From assembly GCA_024704765.1 (NCBI GenBank), contig JAKMXF010000325.1, positions 1 through 38,273 of the forward strand: a DNA stretch of 38,273 nucleotides. Reading direction: 5' to 3'. Under the pieces are notes generated by a model. That model had not been told where the DNA came from. It did no database searches and saw only the letters and a list, made by a program, of their open reading frames with translations. The translations under genes and the position numbers were made by a program. Source of the DNA: Oopsacas minuta. Its lineage: Eukaryota > Animalia > Porifera. Of this stretch, positions 33,901 to 38,273 are shown in pieces; position 1 is the stretch's first letter; each line of letters starts with the position of its first letter.

Positions 33901-35840
33901 ATCCTGATCCTCATTCTCCTTTTCATAGGATGAATACATTAACTAATCTACTTAACTTCCCTCTTATTAAATGTTTTAGCCAAATGGATCGTCTTGCATC
34001 AAGTCGCTCTCTTTATAAATCCATTTCCGATTATAATGAGTGTGAAATAAGCCACAGTAGTTTGGACCTTAAGCGTGCTGCTGAAGTGTTAATAGGGAGG
34101 TGGAGATTATCTATTGAGTTATTTTGTAAACTCCTCTATGATAAGAACAGGTGTGATAGCATTCATATACTCCAGTTGCTTCAAGACTTTCCATCCAAAG
34201 AAGAAAAATTTAGGGAAGAAATGGAAAAACTTACATACCGGCTAGGGAAAGATCAGCGGGAAATACATCTCAATGTTTCTAGAGATCGTACATCTCTTAT
34301 TTGTGATACATTTAGGCAACTTAACACTTACACTGAGAGCCGAGATGGATTATTGACTCCTCTTTGTGTCAAGCAAGTCAAAGTGACTTTCAAGAATGAG
34401 CAAGGCGAAGGTAGTGGTGTTGCTCGCAGTTTTTACACTAGTTTTGCAGATGCAATATTATCTGATGAACCATTACCTTCTCTTGTAAATATCTTCACTC
34501 AATGTAAAAACCCTGAAGAATCTTGGGATCCTTCTTGTCTACTTCCTCTCAATCCTAATGCATTACCATTTCACCCTCAAAATGAATCTTCTGAAATTTC
34601 AAGGGATAAAGTGCGTCAAGGTACACGTTTATATTCACAAGTTGCTCGTTTAATTGGAAATTTGCATTCTGGTAAGGTGACAGGAATGTTACTGGATATA
34701 CCGACGTCTCAGATAGACCATCTATTTAACAATCATTCACATTTGGCAAGATATGTACTTCGCGCTTATGAAATTATCACAGATCAGATAAATTCATCTA
34801 ATGTACTTCCTACTTACGACGATTTAACGCCTTCCATCCAATTAAGTGACTTATTTCCTAAAGATCATTATAATCTAGATCATGAAACTGAGTGTACTAC
34901 ATCTGCAAAGCGTTTTAAGCCTTCTGAATTTTCAGAATTAACACCCCTATTTTTTGAACCTGGAAAATGTGGGTTTTATTCACCAAGGGTAGGTAAATAT
35001 ACACCTGAAAGAAAACTAGCTTATTTATGTGTTGGAAGAATAGTTGGACTTTGTTTGTTGACTAATGAGTTATTTCCAGCTTCCTTTACCAGGCATGTAC
35101 TCAAATATCTTATCGGAAAAGATGATACTATTTGTTGGCAGGATTATGCGTTTATGGACCCAATTGGATTTGAAAGCCTCAGAAAAATTTTACTTCTTGC
35201 TCAAGAAGGAAATTGTAATTCATTTAATTCTCTAGACCTCACATTTCAAATTTCATTAAGTATGTTTGAAAGTAGTGACTTAGTGGAACTGGTTGAAAAT
35301 GGCTCTTCAATTCCTGTAACAGTCAATAATGCCGAATACTATGTAAAGCTTTATACACAGTATCGTATGAAGCATGTGGTGAGAGAAGCTTTGTTGGATA
35401 TGCAACTAGGGTTGGCACAGGTAATTCCCATCACATATTTTTCTAATATATCGCCAGAAGAGTTACGTTTGATGCTCAATGGATGTAATTCTTTTAATAT
35501 GGATTCTTTAAAAAAAATAGTAATAATCAATAATGAGAGTAAAGAAGATAATAAAATCGTTTCAAAATTCATCAAATGGTTTTGGAGTTTATTGAGGGGC
35601 TTTTCTGATCGAGAAAAACAAGATCTACTTTACTTTTGGACGTCTAGCCCTAAAATGCCTTCTAGTATACACTCATATCAGCCAGAGCCATCTATACACA
35701 TCCGCCCTCCTGAAGAGGATCATCTCCCAACTGCTAATACTTGTATCGCACGCATGTATATTCCGCTTTATTCTACCAGAACACAACTTAAATCTAAGTT
35801 ACTCCTTGCTATAAAGACTAAAACCTTTGGCTTTGTATAA
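27924..35840 (+). CDS. UBR5: E3 ubiquitin-protein ligase UBR5 (hyperplastic discs/EDD), uninterrupted ORF of about 2,638 aa; an in-frame ATG at 27867 is an alternative start
   Basis: UBA (VPEDLINQAQAVLQ..RELQRTGLDVNQAVNNLLSRED, about 28548); UBR box (CSVTWTG..YECRTCGL..CCCSECSRVCHKGHDC, about 31305); MLLE (RLYSQV..KVTGMLLD, about 34620); HECT end HLPTANTC..KLLLAIKTKTFGFV with catalytic Cys at 35742. Confidence 0.96.
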   Translation: MSSLACITQETGLLKSDQRSSTQLISKLNTLSLRLSDLKNITQTTHSSSQELHQIFSPRTQIIQIVISSSHIAFLLKTNEVCRVKYRVLPLPPLQNNFPMPHQESSYEEAVNSEFHSQNENNTLPNTNQPSIFSRCSTLPSVHEQVERPSLVDPEFIGSSSLGRGRGLQGLRNGTRAFNMRTLGRHPASNLRRNYLNNPGRTFRTTSEVPEDLINQAQAVLQCKNRSLISRELQRTGLDVNQAVNNLLSREDDGEEDESVSTVLGSDELLYLFESGAGTSMPIELPSQDGETFSLESSVQSLRRMREMPGLEGSSGRESRLGFSRPIGNDTHLDRLSDIILSYASIPGVNQGSQQIDSPKNDVSKRESKEREQDIQLPYCAFSKEDINSSSLLSSNVDLSPRIEFYQGPHWWVDGAPDHSYSTNPPLNSNKFTYIASTDTDLLAITFSGHLTYWPWDQPNGIYSNKEHTFPFSPNIDIKSTDRIRLLATSRFRISVLTMGNFTASFWDRTLKSKLPSSGSSLETPLHQLRLQPNHTVISLTCCDIFSACISSSGQIFWWGNLPYLDRKRAIMRIKNKFTSQHRVETPRNGGSFRSDIIREGSFVFIRGSPFYSIGTRALYLQKDVFVGTLQENLYSLNEKCRFKLFVRSGSQDHNFIPEESVSKIHIETSKASSMEHSYTAPPSFHTWHCRDVIFLEEPHFHSSPGQVVKIDGDFAIVSFPEKSVELSKEYPLNLSSSRIVKKEDLILLRHGHHNRGPICISLFPKKLNFRPDCTPVTITANNKGLYILYHQNNIPKLGIISLVTSRIENHQYFPSSMSSYLNQNPLILTLGSSNHFQSYFYIQDTHGSLLPLIKTQSNTFRDVPFIPLPPVRAFCSYYHSAYRISLIILACDNYLLTPCIVSNSPELLSKELRVVLEDQQLCKDATMEYTNGNHNILHTAIGVYILRLRSGFGQILYEPSYKLSNDETLKTKSLNMHQELSIYSEDSNGPRISVNSRPKSIFTTKSPNYSIVDSLESGNLAVDDRPISLFPKSSPQSNDPIELLINNFELDLPRLLVEINLDGFTPFMQAVHGRAYEVALRILTAIFKVSKSSHPGCFEQDILRMIFPNDSFLDDNPLFVLCANDPCSVTWTGESHETSIDIYECRTCGLVGDYCCCSECSRVCHKGHDCKKKLQPMKAFCDCSKLCNCKALISGNQIMRLRLLKELIQIGKLQTMMNSHGEYILNFLANTHSRQLREQTHRSPSYMSKSNLLAETEESFLFSKKALEICLSDWKTVYALFAAPGNVPSTSTIININNIHNLNIQSKESNAYLNSQQCTSHIETFLYTLLTSKSSDLIRLILSSICQAYNDGDLDAKQIAPKFLRSVIRIYLISTYEQWAPDAILTKKRNQIIQHNVQVVFRSMNKLAIKELWLMASSLVIPIQLGVVKPCDPMSIDCRKKNLADEFFKSRFLPTNSLPSGDDSEIIDSDCRSSFSDSGDSGFLINESESITTPEDVSVTTRATIGSSHIVPYISGDSTSESEEIMHEEGLDSAPELEEENHIHPLISTIESLTPPLPPILGRSIATVKSTDNPAIDLSFNHNMLNSVVDNVNLQSDINSHSISPYTLNVEMPTTNLDSHFSALNSEHGDASLRINHYSDLSWQPAFELISHRTNLSTSQHKRRQNFVTCPQDSCYPSYSHQEQVQARSFHFLIEQLIDVLRHQSLTPLSSITLEPSDITTCCTQIWYEMEPLLIWLIQVMDPLESQLRFGSSLDSPYSAFLSMKRGKERLHAKSTSNQGGDISQSANIPFDSNLTHPTFEQIPSTSTKHSIGMDSLEYLLSLTRSSFNEHREFIPPINLASMEHIGHVLDAVLYFLYNQPDRTIHGTNYDQTHSTVSVRDLYIEPMVDSLVSPNILPVLNVDSISDQLFPVSSDKTPSPNCNNIGESLSFQKVDNGYFFKRSSCMGFFGCPTPNYLAPIESIPCAEMPHILQPQTRREILFGAPQDPIIPDPDPHSPFHRMNTLTNLLNFPLIKCFSQMDRLASSRSLYKSISDYNECEISHSSLDLKRAAEVLIGRWRLSIELFCKLLYDKNRCDSIHILQLLQDFPSKEEKFREEMEKLTYRLGKDQREIHLNVSRDRTSLICDTFRQLNTYTESRDGLLTPLCVKQVKVTFKNEQGEGSGVARSFYTSFADAILSDEPLPSLVNIFTQCKNPEESWDPSCLLPLNPNALPFHPQNESSEISRDKVRQGTRLYSQVARLIGNLHSGKVTGMLLDIPTSQIDHLFNNHSHLARYVLRAYEIITDQINSSNVLPTYDDLTPSIQLSDLFPKDHYNLDHETECTTSAKRFKPSEFSELTPLFFEPGKCGFYSPRVGKYTPERKLAYLCVGRIVGLCLLTNELFPASFTRHVLKYLIGKDDTICWQDYAFMDPIGFESLRKILLLAQEGNCNSFNSLDLTFQISLSMFESSDLVELVENGSSIPVTVNNAEYYVKLYTQYRMKHVVREALLDMQLGLAQVIPITYFSNISPEELRLMLNGCNSFNMDSLKKIVIINNESKEDNKIVSKFIKWFWSLLRGFSDREKQDLLYFWTSSPKMPSSIHSYQPEPSIHIRPPEEDHLPTANTCIARMYIPLYSTRTQLKSKLLLAIKTKTFGFV

Positions 35841-36831
35841 CATCAACAATTCAATTGGAAATCACAGGCGTACGATCGATGCATCTTGTATTTCAATTAA
35901 AGCTTGTTTCACGCATATTCAAGCCAGTTTGCTTCATATTGTTTGTCGAATTGTTACAACATCTTCATTTGTTTAGAGATTCCAATTATGGATTTGAATT
36001 TCGAAGGTATCTTATTAATCAAAAGTTTGGATACTCTTGAGATTCATGAACATGAAAGAAATAATTATGGTTACTTAGCCCAATTATACCCAAATTATAA
36101 TAAGCAATCTAATTCAAAAGGTTAACAAAATATTATATCTTCGTGTGACCAGCAGAGGATCCAGAGGGAGCAGGGGCATCAATTTTCTAGCATTGTATGT
36201 ATTGTAACCTGCATGATTGATGTCTCTACTACTGTATTTCTCGACCAATTATACGTTGGGCCAACCAATTGTCCGATTAGGTTAACCATGGCCTCTTAAA
36301 ACAAGGCCGTGTATGTCACCCGAGTAAGCTAAAAATAGAAGGATGATATACTTTTTTATTTTTCGACAAACTAATGCTCTTACCATTTGCCAATTATAAT
36401 TTTTAGGAGTTTCCGTATATGAGGAATTCATTGAGACTACTTCACAAGCTCTCACGGCTATTTTTCATATGGTTTAGGTCTTTAGGCTCTTTTAAAATCA
36501 TTACATTAATATTTATATAATCGTTAATCAAATTCGAATTTTTTAAAATATTACATTTTTGAGAAGTTATTGCAATAATTATTGCAATTCATACGTGCTG
36601 TATAAATATTTACTATTAATACTGTTAAATCAATTTATTAACAACATTTCACAAGACCATGTCAGCTGTACATGACAGGTTAAATACGTCTATATCCCCA
36701 TAGATAGTTGTGTACCCGCATGCGCATAGCCATATTTATTATATGATTATCCAATTGGGTCGATTAGCTATCCGATTATTCTCTAGTGATGTTTTGATAT
36801 TAATAACGATAATAAGTACAGCAATAATGAA

Positions 36832-37077
36832 TTATGAAGGTAAAATAGTAGATAATAAACTTGTATAGATATTATAGATCTTCAAGTCTACTAGCTTTAA
36901 CTTGCTGTGACAGTCAACACATGGTAAAGGAATTGAGTGTGGCCGCTTGGGTGAACTTTGTATAGCTCCTGGAAAATCCACAAGAACAACTGCCTTCTCG
37001 CAGATACTTATGTGGTCCCAACTGAAGGTATGGATGGTCCATGTTGACTGAGAGCTCGTTTTACTTGAGCCTCTACA
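36832..37077 (-). other. Possible terminal exon of a convergent neighbouring gene
   Basis: 82 open codons without ATG following a CAATAG acceptor-like site (..ICEKAVVLVDFPG..PCVDCHSKL..); no family recognised. Confidence 0.2.
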
Positions 37078-37855
37078 CTATTGAAGGTGAATTTGATGAG
37101 CTTTAACCCACACGAATAAGTTAAAAGTCGGACTAACTCGAAATTTGTAGGGGTTGTCTTACTTATTCGATTTTCTATACGAGCAGGGTGCGTTATCAAG
37201 GATTATATACAGTAGAACCTCTATAAGTGAGGGAGGTCGGGCCGGCGAATGTTCTAACAACCACCATTTCCCATTTATAATTTCAAATGTAAATGTCCTT
37301 AACGAAGATATTTGAGTCACTATGTATTAGACACTTCCTCCAACGACTGCTTTTATAATGATATTTGATTATTATAATATGCCCTAAGGTTGTTGGTTGA
37401 ATATAAAATTTGTAAGAAATTTAAATATCGTATTCCCCGAATAAGCACCCCGGCGCTTATTTTGGGAAAGATGGTAGAAATTAGTTTTCCCTAATTAAAT
37501 AGGTAGTATCTAATAATACAAATGATAAAGTTAGTACTAAATAAAAGATACGTAAGTATGTAGTGCATTTATAAGGATCATCCTGGTCCTCCTTTTGTGC
37601 CTACAACGTTACCCTCAACAGAGTTTTTCCAGTATTGGATTAATTTCGAAAAAAGTTTGTATTTCAAGCAAAGTTTCTGTTTGTGATCCTATTTACCTTC
37701 TAATGTAACAAATCGACCCAATCGGATAATTGGTTGAGGAATAATTTAGTACTAGATATCTAAATACATAATATAGCATATACTCAAATTTTGTCCATAT
37801 CAGATCCACCATCAGTCCATGATTTTGTTATGAGATACTTGTGTACTAGCTATAT

Positions 37856-38057
37856 CAGGTTTCCCAACCTTTGGTCATAGGGATTTTTATAAGTATTTTT
37901 GGTCAAGTTGAAGCTCCATGACCAAATTTGACCAAGATAACCAAACTTGGACAAATGTGGCCAAACATGCCAACAAAATATTTCAACCTGAGTGTGGTCA
38001 TGAATACACAATTTCTAAACAGTATGGTCATGGCCCATAAGAGTTTTAGAAACCCTG
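37856..38057. mobile_element. hAT-type MITE
   Basis: Ends CAGGTTTCCCAAC / GTTTTAGAAACCCTG; flanks AGCTATAT and ATCTATAT (7/8 TSD). Confidence 0.65.
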
Positions 38058-38178
38058 ATCTATATTATTCAATTGCAATTGTTATCTGTCTGTCTGTTCG
38101 TTCTAAAGAGAGGATTCATTGTATGCTATATTGAATTAGAATTTCTCAATTCTAATATATCTCTTGACTCGTTAAGTA

Positions 38179-38273
38179 CACAGTGGGCATTTTTGGGGGG
38201 TGAAATGGAAATAGGAAAACCATGCAAGGTAGAGATATATAATGCATTATTAGCCAATAGAAATTACCCCTGA
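38179..38273. mobile_element. Third Transib/RAG-like end (long-spacer type), element runs out of the window
   Basis: CACAGTG (38179-38185), 22-nt spacer containing a G6 run, then GAAATAGG (38208-38215). Confidence 0.55.

Noticed and set aside
28159-35575. Short alternative-frame and antisense ORFs within UBR5
   Set aside because: 60-107-aa shadows of a long coding region with no motifs

Overview
AT-rich eukaryotic (animal) genomic DNA, not prokaryotic. The right third holds one intact host gene: a single-exon, about 8-kb CDS for the HECT E3 ligase UBR5/hyd/EDD (UBA, UBR box, MLLE, HECT with catalytic Cys). The first 27.8 kb is a nested stack of decayed DNA transposons: maT/DD37D, mariner/DD34D, three FLYWCH-MULE relics (one ending in a RING finger), hAT relics and MITEs, and a Ginger/KRBA2-like integrase relic. 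The most notable feature is a complete 2,999-bp Transib/RAG1-like transposon (15383-18381) with perfect CACAGTG heptamer ends, a 5-bp GAATC target-site duplication and a near-intact 720-aa RAG1-core-like transposase. Its ends are bipartite and asymmetric: heptamer-12 nt-GWAATAGG at one end and heptamer-21 nt-GWAATAGG at the other. A second, non-coding 926-bp element (7731-8656) has the same 12/21 layout with a different spacer sequence, and a third long-spacer end (22 nt) lies at 38179. This resembles an RSS-like 12/23-type pairing architecture in a RAG2-less system. The host taxon cannot be read directly; the intron-poor, DNA-transposon-rich style suggests an early-branching animal such as a glass sponge (inference only). 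All alignments were done by eye.
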